Below, piece after piece: positions 10,464 to 20,068 of a stretch of 64,000 bases of DNA. The DNA lies in IMG/VR virus record IMGVR_UViG_3300025319_000005, positions 127,289 through 191,288 of that record. One strand, given 5' to 3'. The position numbers and the translations under genes were made by a program. The first letter of the stretch is position 1. Every line of letters begins with the position of its first letter. This stretch comes from a virus. The notes under the pieces are model-generated. The model searched no databases and was not told the DNA's origin. It saw nothing but the letters and a program-made list of their open reading frames with translations.

Positions 10464-11861
10464 ATGCCGTCAAAAAATAAAAAACAGTTAAATTTTTTCT
10501 TATTAGTTAAAGCCTATAAAGAATCTGGAGAAAATGGCGTTTTTCGTCAATTAAAACATCTTGAAGGATATAAACCAAGACTTACTCCAACTTATATGAA
10601 CAAGTTGATTAAAACAGCTGAAAGTATTGCTGATTCAGATTTAATAGATATGACTTCTGGAGTAGAAGGAGAAAACCCATTAGGCGATACAAGAAATTTA
10701 AAAGTAGGCTACTGGGCATTATTTACAGGAAAATACAAACCAGCCGGCTCAAAAGATGAAATTCCAAAAGAAGGAGAATTTATAGCCCAAATAAAAAAAG
10801 TAGATAACGCGAAAGGTTTGGTTGAATTTAATCAAAAAGGTTTTAGAAATAAGTATGGAAATACTATTTTCATACCAAGAAGAGCTGTGGTCATCAATCA
10901 AGAATTTCAATATTTGGATTATGCTTTATTTGACAATGTAATACGTACCGGTAAAAACCCTCAAGAACTTGCGAAGCCAAAAGAAAATATGGAAGAGTCA
11001 ATTGAACTTAAAAGCAAATCACATAAGGGCAATAGATTATTTGATATGCTTAAAACTGCAAAGTTTCAACATTATGATTCTCCAAAAGGAGAATTATCTA
11101 CATTAAATCATGGAGAAGAAGATAGAAAAAGAATAGTTTCAAAACTAGGCAAAGCTGATAAAAAAACTTATAGAGAATGGATTAAAACTCCAGAAGGAAA
11201 AGAATCTTTGGAAAGGTTTGAGGATTTTACATCACCCTTATTTAAAAAGAATAAAATTGAAGAATCAGTAAGAAAAATGGTAAGGAAGTTGTTGCGAGAA
11301 AACTTATCAGGAGAAAATTTGATACCAGATGATATAATTGATAGCTTTTACAATAGAATAAAGAAAATATTAGACGCTGGAGCTGATAAAAAACATCCCT
11401 CAGTAGAACGAGAATTAAACAGAATCAAAATGTTGAATGCAGATGTTATACCTGAAAAGATAAAAGCTCTTTTAACAGAAGAAATCGAAAATAATAATAT
11501 TGATTTATCGAATTATAATGGCTGGGAAAAACAATCAGAATGGTTTGGAAATCCTTCATTAGGCTTAGAAAGTTATAAAAAGATATTTCAAAATCCATTT
11601 AACAACAAAATGGTTCCTGTTTTTATATACGGCAAAGAAGGAGAAGGAAAAGATAAACCAATTTTGGGCGGTACTGATGAAAAAGGAAACAGGGTTTTGT
11701 CAGGCGAAAAATTCGATGCTTCAGATTGGCATTTTGTAGTGCATGCCGGAGCTAATAGTCAATATTCTTATTCTGGAGGATTTTATCCAGAAACCCCAAC
11801 TTTAAAACAAGCTATGGATATTGTGGATGAGAAATATAAAAACAAAAAACTTATTCATTAA
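10464..11861 (+). CDS. Putative virion/internal protein
   Basis: CTATTTA upstream; internal EESVRKMVRKLLRE tag. Confidence 0.6.
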   Translation: MPSKNKKQLNFFLLVKAYKESGENGVFRQLKHLEGYKPRLTPTYMNKLIKTAESIADSDLIDMTSGVEGENPLGDTRNLKVGYWALFTGKYKPAGSKDEIPKEGEFIAQIKKVDNAKGLVEFNQKGFRNKYGNTIFIPRRAVVINQEFQYLDYALFDNVIRTGKNPQELAKPKENMEESIELKSKSHKGNRLFDMLKTAKFQHYDSPKGELSTLNHGEEDRKRIVSKLGKADKKTYREWIKTPEGKESLERFEDFTSPLFKKNKIEESVRKMVRKLLRENLSGENLIPDDIIDSFYNRIKKILDAGADKKHPSVERELNRIKMLNADVIPEKIKALLTEEIENNNIDLSNYNGWEKQSEWFGNPSLGLESYKKIFQNPFNNKMVPVFIYGKEGEGKDKPILGGTDEKGNRVLSGEKFDASDWHFVVHAGANSQYSYSGGFYPETPTLKQAMDIVDEKYKNKKLIH

Positions 11862-12008
11862 ATTCTTGTGATATTCAATCACATATTTTAATTTTTTCAA
11901 AATATATCATGAATCTTTTAAAATTTCATTCGTGAATAAAAATATATTACTTTCAGTATGTTTGCCTTAAAAGTTTTTTATTGCATATTTATAGTAAACA
12001 TACTTAAA

Positions 12009-12704
12009 ATGAAAACAGAAACAGAAAAAACAGAAGAGAAACAAAAAATCAAAGAATTGGTTGATAAGGGTTTAAAAAATAAAGAAATTGGGAAAATATT
12101 AGGAATGAAATATCGTACAGTTTGTTTTAAGTTAAGAGAATATAAATTAATTAGATATTCTAAACCGCAAATTTCTCAAGAAAAAATAGATGAAATGATT
12201 AGATTATATAATGAAGGATATAATTGTACCGAAATTTGTGAAAAAATAAATATAAGTAAAATTACAATTTCATTTATACTAAAGGAGAACGGAATCAAAA
12301 TAGTTAAACGAAGTGCTGATAGTAAACCAGAATTAAGATTATTAAGAGGTGAAAAATGTATAATTTGCGATAGAAACCTTGGACCATATGTTACAATATG
12401 TAGCACTTGTGTTTCTCAAGTTAGAAGGTATAAAATAAAGAAAAAAATGTTTGATTTTAAAGGTGGCAAATGTGAAGATTGTGGAGATGATAGTTTATGT
12501 GTGGATATTTATGATTTTCATCATTTAGATCCAGATGAAAAGGATTTTAATTTATCAAAAGTTTTAATAGACGGAAAATCTTGGGATGATATAGAAAAAG
12601 AATTAAAAAAATGCGCCTTACTCTGTTCTAATTGTCACAGAATTAGACATTCTGTTGAAAGAAAAAGTGAAAAATTTTGGAAATATATAAAATTAATTTC
12701 TTAA
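12009..12704 (+). CDS. HNH homing endonuclease with HTH N-terminus
   Basis: CEDCG..DFHHLDP..KCALLCSNCHR. Confidence 0.85.
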   Translation: MKTETEKTEEKQKIKELVDKGLKNKEIGKILGMKYRTVCFKLREYKLIRYSKPQISQEKIDEMIRLYNEGYNCTEICEKINISKITISFILKENGIKIVKRSADSKPELRLLRGEKCIICDRNLGPYVTICSTCVSQVRRYKIKKKMFDFKGGKCEDCGDDSLCVDIYDFHHLDPDEKDFNLSKVLIDGKSWDDIEKELKKCALLCSNCHRIRHSVERKSEKFWKYIKLIS

Positions 12705-12708
12705 AAAG

Positions 12709-12740
12709 AAAAGCTCCAGTAAAACAATTACTGGAGCTTT
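12709..12740. terminator. Bidirectional intrinsic terminator
   Basis: AAAGCTCCAGT..ACTGGAGCTTT hairpin between convergent units. Confidence 0.75.
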
Positions 12741-12745
12741 CACTG

Positions 12746-12862
12746 TGTTGATGGGGGGGATCGAACCAACCCGACTCATTTGCTTTCAGGAAATTGCTCT
12801 CACTTACTCCTTGCGAAGTAAAGGATTTGTCTTGCGAAAAACCACCACTGAGCTACATCAAC
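12746..12862 (-). ncRNA. tRNA-Phe(GAA)-like RNA with a large D-loop insertion
   Basis: Acceptor GTTGATG/CATCAAC; D stem GCTC/GAGC encloses GCAA-loop hairpins; anticodon loop CT-GAA-AG; GTTCGATC T-loop. Confidence 0.7.
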
Positions 12863-12885
12863 ATATTATTAAAGAACTAATTTTG

Positions 12886-12962
12886 TGTCGATTAGAGACT
12901 ACAAGTCCTCTCTTTTCTGGTTGTTCACACCAGCACTTTACGTGTACATAAGTTAAATCGAC
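12886..12962 (-). ncRNA. Non-canonical tRNA-like RNA, GAA in the anticodon position (copy 1)
   Basis: GTCGATT/AATCGAC acceptor; CTGGT-GTGAACA-ACCAG arm; AGAGA/TCTCT T-like arm. Confidence 0.7.
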
Positions 12963-12967
12963 ATATG

Positions 12968-13044
12968 TGTTGGTGAGAGACTACAAATCCGCTCTTATTC
13001 GGCTGTTCACACCGATACTTTATATGTGTATAAGTTACACCAAC
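12968..13044 (-). ncRNA. Non-canonical tRNA-like RNA, GAA in the anticodon position (copy 2)
   Basis: GTTGGTG/CACCAAC acceptor; TCGGT-GTGAACA-GCCGA arm; stems covary with copy 1. Confidence 0.7.
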
Positions 13045-13089
13045 ATATTTTATTTAAAAGAACTAAATCGTTTCAATTATTTAACGATA

Positions 13090-13097
13090 CAAAGATA
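13090..13097 (-). promoter_or_regulatory. Bacteroidota-type -7 promoter element (TATCTTTG)
   Basis: TAnnTTTG consensus about 45 nt upstream of the tRNA-like trio. Confidence 0.6.
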
Positions 13098-13181
13098 ATA
13101 ATATTTAAAACTTAAAACCAAATATTTTATAATAAAAATTTACCTATTTATTAAAAAGTTATTAACAATTCAAATACTACA

Positions 13182-13721
13182 ATGACTACAGAGGAAAAAA
13201 AATTAAGAATAGCTATAAGAAAATCATTAATGGAAATGGAAAACGTTTCTGAAAGCGATATTTTAACAAGAGCTGGAGTTAACTGGCAAGAGATGAAGCC
13301 TAAATTTTTAAAAACAGTTAAATGTCTTGTTTCAAAAATAGATGACGATAAATATAACGATGCAGAAGATTTAATAGGTAAAGCTATTGGTATGCTTAAA
13401 ATTTGGAAAGCAAAAATGAAAAAAGGAATAGGAATGGTTGATAGAACTTCGAATACTGAGACGTTGGATGAAATTGATATTACGGAAACTTTTGGTGGGA
13501 AATATGCTCTAGGAACTGGATATAAAAAAGATGAAATTGGCGATAAAAAATATCAAGGAAAACTTATTGATTATATTCTTTATAATCAAGGAAGAAACAC
13601 AGACCAAAGAGAGCCGACTGATAGAAAAATGTATTGCGGATATGATTTAGAACAATTATCTAATAAGGATTTACAAAAAATAAAGGATAACATGGAACAT
13701 CCAAGAGGAAGATACTGGTAA
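13182..13721 (+). CDS. Putative virion protein
   Basis: KLRIAIRKSLME N-terminal tag; CTATTTA upstream. Confidence 0.6.
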   Translation: MTTEEKKLRIAIRKSLMEMENVSESDILTRAGVNWQEMKPKFLKTVKCLVSKIDDDKYNDAEDLIGKAIGMLKIWKAKMKKGIGMVDRTSNTETLDEIDITETFGGKYALGTGYKKDEIGDKKYQGKLIDYILYNQGRNTDQREPTDRKMYCGYDLEQLSNKDLQKIKDNMEHPRGRYW

Positions 13722-13766
13722 TTAAAGAGTTGCAGTAAAATCCTTCCAATCTTTTTCTGATTTAAT

Positions 13767-14216
13767 CTAATCATAATTACATCCAAAAAAGGTTTCATTC
13801 GTTAATACATTACTTGTAAGTCCTGCTTCGGAAGTTACAACTACAGAGCTTTGTATTTCTCCTTTAACCCACATTTTAAAGATGTTATTATCCTCTTTAT
13901 ATTTATCTCTTTGTGATTTTATATCAAATCCGTAGTCTGCGTGTAGTCCAATAAAAACTCCTTTATTTTGATTGCCGATTTTTTCTACCAGCACTTCTGG
14001 CTTTACTAAATAATATAAACATTCTAAAGCTTCTTCGCTGTGTGCTGTCGAGGATTTCTTGCTAATAAATCTTTCATCAAATTTTCCTAATTTAGAAATT
14101 AGCTCTTCGACTTTTGACCTGTTGTTTTTAATAACTTTCAGTTCTTCTTCTAAATGAATTGTATTAAAACTAATACCAAATAGTGTTGTTGTTTCTTCGA
14201 ATTCTTCAATATCCAT
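13767..14216 (-). CDS. Hypothetical protein
   Basis: 149-aa ORF with TAnnTTTG directly upstream. Confidence 0.65.
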   Translation of the reverse strand: MDIEEFEETTTLFGISFNTIHLEEELKVIKNNRSKVEELISKLGKFDERFISKKSSTAHSEEALECLYYLVKPEVLVEKIGNQNKGVFIGLHADYGFDIKSQRDKYKEDNNIFKMWVKGEIQSSVVVTSEAGLTSNVLTNETFFGCNYD

Positions 14217-14253
14217 ATGACAAATCTAATATAAACAAATCTAAAATAAAGAT

Positions 14254-14523
14254 TTAAGAATATTTACCTCTTCGATTTGCTCTCCTTGGCTTTCTTTCTA
14301 ATTTTACTGGAGCTTCTTCTGTTTCCTCTATTTGTTCCGGTTCTGGTACCGGTTGTTTTGGAAGTGGCGTTTGGTCTTGTTTAATAACTTCTGGATTACC
14401 TATAGAAGGTGATTGCGTTTGTTGAGGAACAGATTCTCCTCCTTGAGAAGATTGTTCATCTTCGTTGATAATTCCTGCCAATTCACGCATTCTTTTTAGC
14501 TCTTCTGTAAGATTTTTTTTCAT
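14254..14523 (-). CDS. Small putative virion protein
   Basis: MKKNLTEELKRMRELAGI tag, near-identical to the neighbouring gene. Confidence 0.65.
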   Translation of the reverse strand: MKKNLTEELKRMRELAGIINEDEQSSQGGESVPQQTQSPSIGNPEVIKQDQTPLPKQPVPEPEQIEETEEAPVKLERKPRRANRRGKYS

Positions 14524-14536
14524 TTTACTTAATTTG

Positions 14537-15022
14537 TTATTTTCCTGGTTTTCCAGATTTTATCCACTCATCTCTAAGTTTCTCATTTTCTATTCTATTC
14601 CAAACTGATTTTTGAATTGCCTGAGATGCTTTTGTTCTAGAATTTGCAGATGCTTCATCTGGATAACGGACACGCCATTGATAAACAAGCTCCTTTGCTA
14701 CTCCTAAACCTCTGTATTTCTTATCAACAACAAGAGTATTGCCAAAATGATAGCTGGCAATTATTTTATCACCATCATATACAACAGCACCATCTTCATT
14801 GAATTTCGCTGAATATTTCCCTTTTAAAAATGGTTCTAATTTATCATCTTTTAATGTGGTAAGTTCACTTGGTTTTAAAAATTTCGCATTAGCGTTTGTT
14901 GTTATTGATGGTTTTCCTAAAAATTGGTCTTTTGTTAAATCATATACAGATGAAAACTTAGCTTCATTAATTCCTGCCAATTCACGCATTCTTTTAATTT
15001 CTTCTGTGAGATTTTTTTTCAT
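14537..15022 (-). CDS. GNAT-like acetyltransferase with virion tag
   Basis: VVDKKYRGLGVAKEL motif A; MKKNLTEEIKRMRELAGI. Confidence 0.6.
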   Translation of the reverse strand: MKKNLTEEIKRMRELAGINEAKFSSVYDLTKDQFLGKPSITTNANAKFLKPSELTTLKDDKLEPFLKGKYSAKFNEDGAVVYDGDKIIASYHFGNTLVVDKKYRGLGVAKELVYQWRVRYPDEASANSRTKASQAIQKSVWNRIENEKLRDEWIKSGKPGK

Positions 15023-15036
15023 ATATCATAAATAGC

Positions 15037-15942
15037 TTACAATATATATCTATTCATTAGATTAGTTAAACTTGGATGGTGTTGCGTTATTATTTCCCAG
15101 TTTTTTTTAGATAAAGATTCGAAATCGCAATGCTTTGAGTATTTATCTGGATTGTGTATTAATAACGTTTCCCATCCCAATGCAGAGATTTTATATTTAT
15201 TTTCTTCTATTAAGTAATCTAAATGTGGAAATAATTGAACAATTTTTATAAGCAAAAAACAATCTCCTATTTGAAAAATGGATAAATCACAATGTTTTAA
15301 GAGTTCTGGTTTAGTAGTTAATATTTCTACCCAATCCAAAGCTTTTAATTTTTTTAAATCTAATTTATGTATATATTTTTCTCCGCTTTTTTTAATTAAA
15401 ACCCTAACAGCATAATGGTCAAGCGTTTCTAAATTCAATTTTTCTATTATTTCCGGAGTTTTATGGAAAGATTCAATTATTTTTCCAATTTCATGTTTAG
15501 AATACGTGTATTTACCCAAATCTATCTTTGGTAAGAAGCTAATGTTTATCTCGAGCATTTTTATAGCATCTATGGCCGACAAATTTTCATAATCCAAATC
15601 AAAGTATTCAATCATGTCCGGATGTACTATAAATATAGGAATAAGGTCTCTAAGAGTAAAATCATGCTTATTTAAATCCAATCGTTCAAGAATATATTTA
15701 TCCCTTACAATTAGTCTGATAAGCTTCATTTTATCTAATTTATCCCATTCGATAATATCTTTTATTCTTTCGTTTTTTAATAATGATTTATCATCTATAA
15801 AGTTGGGATTGATGAATTTCGATAACACTTTAAATATAGGTTCCGGCAAAATCCTGTAATCTATTAACGCAGCATAATGACATATTGCTTTTTTGATAAT
15901 TTCTCGTTTACTTTGTATGTCAGGAATTTTAACTGAACTCAT
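15037..15942 (-). CDS. Helical-repeat hypothetical protein
   Basis: Repeated L..L...W..I...P units. Confidence 0.65.
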   Translation of the reverse strand: MSSVKIPDIQSKREIIKKAICHYAALIDYRILPEPIFKVLSKFINPNFIDDKSLLKNERIKDIIEWDKLDKMKLIRLIVRDKYILERLDLNKHDFTLRDLIPIFIVHPDMIEYFDLDYENLSAIDAIKMLEINISFLPKIDLGKYTYSKHEIGKIIESFHKTPEIIEKLNLETLDHYAVRVLIKKSGEKYIHKLDLKKLKALDWVEILTTKPELLKHCDLSIFQIGDCFLLIKIVQLFPHLDYLIEENKYKISALGWETLLIHNPDKYSKHCDFESLSKKNWEIITQHHPSLTNLMNRYIL

Positions 15943-15977
15943 ATATACAAATATGAATAAAGAATTATATAAAGTAA

Positions 15978-16409
15978 ATGTTTGAAATGGCTGAAGAAAA
16001 ATTTGATACATCAGGAAGACTAATCAAACATATTGAACCGGTTACTGGAATAATATATGAATACGAATATTTAGAAGATAGCTCAAGAATAATTACAATT
16101 ACAAATGAAAGTAATAAATCAAATTTTAAGACTATAAAAAAACAAAAATTCGAAGATGGAAATTATATTGATGTGGAGGCTAATGAATTTGGAGATACAT
16201 ACAATATTTTAAAGAGATTTAATAAAGACAATAAAGAAAATTATTATGAACGGACAAATATAAAAACAGGAAAAATATTTAAGAAAAAAAGCATCTGGAA
16301 AGAAGGAAAAGTATACCTTTGGACAACAGAATATGATGGAGAAACGAAAAAAATAGGTTTCCGAATGACACAAAATATAATTACAGGACTTACAAACAAT
16401 AATGTATAA
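15978..16409 (+). CDS. Hypothetical protein
   Basis: 143-aa ORF. Confidence 0.6.
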   Translation: MFEMAEEKFDTSGRLIKHIEPVTGIIYEYEYLEDSSRIITITNESNKSNFKTIKKQKFEDGNYIDVEANEFGDTYNILKRFNKDNKENYYERTNIKTGKIFKKKSIWKEGKVYLWTTEYDGETKKIGFRMTQNIITGLTNNNV

Positions 16410-16648
16410 TGGAAGAAAACACAATCAAAACAGAAAAAAAAGAAGATTCAGTATTTGAGATAGATTCTTTAGTAGCTGAAACTTATAATGAAATTGTAAA
16501 ATGGCACAATGAAGAACCAACCAAAGAGGGATTAAAGCAATTATCATTAGAAATTGTTGAGAAAATTGCCGGAGCTACTTTAAGCCACGTTGGTTTAAAA
16601 GGGAATCTTTCTATTTTTAAAGGAGAAGAGGCAAAGAAGGCAAAATAA
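16409..16648 (+). CDS. Hypothetical protein
   Basis: TAATG coupling to the upstream ORF. Confidence 0.6.
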   Translation: MEENTIKTEKKEDSVFEIDSLVAETYNEIVKWHNEEPTKEGLKQLSLEIVEKIAGATLSHVGLKGNLSIFKGEEAKKAK

Positions 16649-17440
16649 TTATTTCTTAAACAATCCAACTAACAAATTGTAGGATAGTCCGACGCCAATG
16701 TACGGTCCAAAAGTTAAATTTTGTTTACCATAAACGATTCCATATCCAAGTTGTGCACTGAGTGAAAAATTGTTTTGTTTTTCAGGATTTAAAATGGCTC
16801 CCTCTAATTTTCCCACATGTACATTGGGATTTTTGGGAGTAACAAAAATCTCCTTAAACCCTGTCTTTTTATTTTTAGCAACACCAACGACAAAATCCAT
16901 CCTCAATTCATCTTGTAAAATACTAGTGGTTCCAGGCAAAATATCCAAAGTATATGTTTTGTTATCACCGAATATATTTGCTTTTGCATTAAAAGAGCTT
17001 TTTCCTTTTAGTATTCTGGAGCTATCTGCATTTATAAAATCCCAATTAAGGTCATAATTTCCATTTCCTTTATCAGAAAGTAAATTTTTAGAAGTAATAG
17101 TATCTCCAACATAAATGACTTGAGTTTTAATTATAATCTCCGGCCTTCTATTTTTAAGGTCTTTAATTTCCTTTGCTAAATCTTCGCTGTATTTTTGAAT
17201 ATCTTTTACTTTTCCTTCAAAAGCAACAATAGAAGTTTGATAAAAACCACTTTTATTTTTTTCTATAGTCAATTCATTCTTTGATGCCTCTGCATTTTGA
17301 ATAGCAAGTGCTTTTTGTTCTTTTAAATCACCACAAGATTTAAAATTCAGTAATATTAAAATTACTACCGCTGCAGTTAATATGAATATAAACAAATTTT
17401 TATTTGCAAATAATTTACTAAATAAATCTAATATTTTCAT
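16649..17440 (-). CDS. Envelope protein (TM, coiled coil, C-terminal beta strands), possibly spanin-like
   Basis: N-terminal TM; C-terminal QLGYG..GPYIGVGLSYN. Confidence 0.5.
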   Translation of the reverse strand: MKILDLFSKLFANKNLFIFILTAAVVILILLNFKSCGDLKEQKALAIQNAEASKNELTIEKNKSGFYQTSIVAFEGKVKDIQKYSEDLAKEIKDLKNRRPEIIIKTQVIYVGDTITSKNLLSDKGNGNYDLNWDFINADSSRILKGKSSFNAKANIFGDNKTYTLDILPGTTSILQDELRMDFVVGVAKNKKTGFKEIFVTPKNPNVHVGKLEGAILNPEKQNNFSLSAQLGYGIVYGKQNLTFGPYIGVGLSYNLLVGLFKK

Positions 17441-20022
17441 TGTTTTTTTGTTTTTAATTTATATGCCTCAAGTAGTTTTTTTGATATTATTTTTCTAATA
17501 ACATAACTTTCTTTCATTAAAACTTTTCCAAATTCTTCCCATTTAAATGCTTTAATTTCAAGCCAATCAGTTGTTTTTTTATTACCACCCATAACTTTTA
17601 TTCTTGAATTAGCAATTCCGTTTATGATTTCGGGGTCAACATCCATTATGCTGTATTTATATCCTTTTTGTAATGCAAAATATCTACTGTCATTTTCTTT
17701 AACATCTCTGTCTAAGAATTCAACGAAATCACCAACTTCAATATTATATTTAGAGCTTGAGAATCCACTTATTAATTTTTCATATTCACCAAATCCAATT
17801 CTCGAGATAATTTCATCTCTGTTGATTACAATATCTTCTTTGGATTTTTCTTTAGATGTAAAATCAGTTAAAAAATCATAATATTTTCTATAAACAACTA
17901 AAGAAATATTTGAAGTATTTCCTTTAAAAGATTTTAAAGAAAATACTTCAAATATTTCTTTAGATTCTTCTATTTTTTCTTTGCTCTCACCAGCAATTTC
18001 TAACATTGTAACATAATCTTTCAATACTGTATATAGCATGTCTGGACTATCTGCAGAATAAGATTCTGGCTTATCTACTTTATAAAGTTTGGCGAAAAAA
18101 TTAATAATAATTTTTGCTACTTGAGGGTCTCTTATATCTTCTAAATCAAATTTAATATAAGGTTTATCTGCCTCTTCTTTTCCGTACTTAGTAAGAATTC
18201 CTCTATTAAACATTCTATAGAATTCAAATATCCCAGGAAGATGAACGCCTCTTAAAATATTATATTTAGTAACATGAGACGGGTCATCATAATATCTTAT
18301 AAATCTTTCTTTTTCAGCCTTTAAATTTCTTTGTATTTCTTGAGGATTTGATTCCTTAAATAAAAGTCTTAAAAAATTTATTTCTTTTCTTTCTGAATCT
18401 CCTTCAATTTTTGATTTTATAAATTCTTCATTTTTTTTAAGTAAATCTCTTCTTTCTTTTTGAGGTAATAAAGAAAGTTGGTCACCCAATTCAAATTCAG
18501 CATCAGATTCAGTTCTTGTTCCATCTGGAGCTACTTTTACATCTTTTTTCTGTGCTATGATTTTTCCTTCCGGAGTCTTTCTTAAAAATTTATGTTTATC
18601 AGATTTTGGCATTTCTAAAAAACTCATCATTTTGTTGATACCAACAGTTCCTCCACCAAACGCATCAGACATAACTGGGAAATAATTATCTAATATAGAT
18701 TTAAAAATTTCTTTATATGATTTAGCTTCTTTAGAATTAACATTAGAAAGTTTCTTTAACAATTTTTCAAAATCATCTTTCTTTGTTGTAATATAATTTT
18801 GTAAATTAACATGCTCAAACATTTTTTTAAAATCTTCTGCAGGTAAAAAATCTAATAAAAAATTAACTTTAGAAAGAATTAAATTTGGTTTTCTCTTTGA
18901 TAGTTCGGGTATATGAATAGAGAGCTCTTGAAGTGATTGATTAAATGTTATTGATTTAGAGTAACTATCAATATTTTCAATGAATTTCTCTGGACCAAAT
19001 TTCTTTAATGCTTCCAATGCATCTAAACTTCTGTTTTCGAACCATTCTTTTCCTTCTTTATTCGATATTATATATGGTTTACTATTTTCTACAAAATCTG
19101 GCCTTAACAAATCCAATCTATTAAAAATATCAAATTTTTTATTATCAAATGCCCAAGAAAAAGTATATGAGTCAGTTGTTTTCTCTATTGTTTGTTTTGC
19201 AACTGGAGTCCCTAAAAATTCAACTAATTTTTCAAACAAGTCATCCCATCCATAGAGATTGGTTCCAACCGGTTGATTTCCAACTTGCTTACTTTCAACC
19301 ATAATTTTTGTAGTAGTAACTATAGATAAAGACATTAATGTACTAATTGGAACTTTTGTTCCTTTTTCCGGTCCAAGTAAAGTATAAGTAGTTCTGCTAT
19401 ATTTTCTATGTTCATCATGCATCATACCATTATGCTTGCTTTGGCAGCCAACTCCAAAAGCTTTATTTGCATCGCAGAGTCTGTCAAAAAATTCACCCGC
19501 TCTTTGCGTATCAACTTTTACCCAAACACGACCTGAGCCGTCCGGTATTGTGTAAACTCTTTTAACAAGACCTTCTTCTTCAACTTTTGTTATGGGTGGT
19601 TCTGGAAATTCTTCTGCGGTCTTTTGAGAAATTTCTTTTTTATTTTTTTCTTCTATTTTTTTCTTTGAAAATTCGTAAGCTGTATTTAAGTCCATTTTTG
19701 GTAAATTACCTTCACTTCCGGCAATTTTAAACCAGGACATAACTGTGACCAATTTTTCTATATCTCCTGTTCCAAAATTCTCAATACCTCCCAAAACAGT
19801 AATTTGTTCAATAATCCACTTTACCATTTTTTTATTAATGACAGCTACATTTTGTTCGCCACCAAACGCTCTGAAATATATATGTTCTACAAAATCAAGA
19901 ATTCTTTCATCGGTTTTAGGCAATCCTTTAGCTCCAATTAAAAAATCTTTTTTCCAGTCAGCACTAACTTCTGTAATTAATCCACACTCAATAAGAAATG
20001 GTTTTATGCTTGGTTTTTTCAT
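17437..20022 (-). CDS. Large putative virion protein
   Basis: 861 aa; CTATTTA upstream; C-terminal ESYVIRKIISKKLLE. Confidence 0.65.
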   Translation of the reverse strand: MKKPSIKPFLIECGLITEVSADWKKDFLIGAKGLPKTDERILDFVEHIYFRAFGGEQNVAVINKKMVKWIIEQITVLGGIENFGTGDIEKLVTVMSWFKIAGSEGNLPKMDLNTAYEFSKKKIEEKNKKEISQKTAEEFPEPPITKVEEEGLVKRVYTIPDGSGRVWVKVDTQRAGEFFDRLCDANKAFGVGCQSKHNGMMHDEHRKYSRTTYTLLGPEKGTKVPISTLMSLSIVTTTKIMVESKQVGNQPVGTNLYGWDDLFEKLVEFLGTPVAKQTIEKTTDSYTFSWAFDNKKFDIFNRLDLLRPDFVENSKPYIISNKEGKEWFENRSLDALEALKKFGPEKFIENIDSYSKSITFNQSLQELSIHIPELSKRKPNLILSKVNFLLDFLPAEDFKKMFEHVNLQNYITTKKDDFEKLLKKLSNVNSKEAKSYKEIFKSILDNYFPVMSDAFGGGTVGINKMMSFLEMPKSDKHKFLRKTPEGKIIAQKKDVKVAPDGTRTESDAEFELGDQLSLLPQKERRDLLKKNEEFIKSKIEGDSERKEINFLRLLFKESNPQEIQRNLKAEKERFIRYYDDPSHVTKYNILRGVHLPGIFEFYRMFNRGILTKYGKEEADKPYIKFDLEDIRDPQVAKIIINFFAKLYKVDKPESYSADSPDMLYTVLKDYVTMLEIAGESKEKIEESKEIFEVFSLKSFKGNTSNISLVVYRKYYDFLTDFTSKEKSKEDIVINRDEIISRIGFGEYEKLISGFSSSKYNIEVGDFVEFLDRDVKENDSRYFALQKGYKYSIMDVDPEIINGIANSRIKVMGGNKKTTDWLEIKAFKWEEFGKVLMKESYVIRKIISKKLLEAYKLKTKKQ

Positions 20023-20068
20023 TTAAATAAAATGCTTTTCAGATAAATAGGTAAAAAAAGGATATTAT

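Noticed and set aside
12745..12951. 68-aa plus-strand ORF
   Set aside because: Antisense shadow of the tRNA-like RNAs
12886..13044. CRISPR array
   Set aside because: Only two degenerate units, with covarying stems and no repeat-spacer pattern; no cas genes
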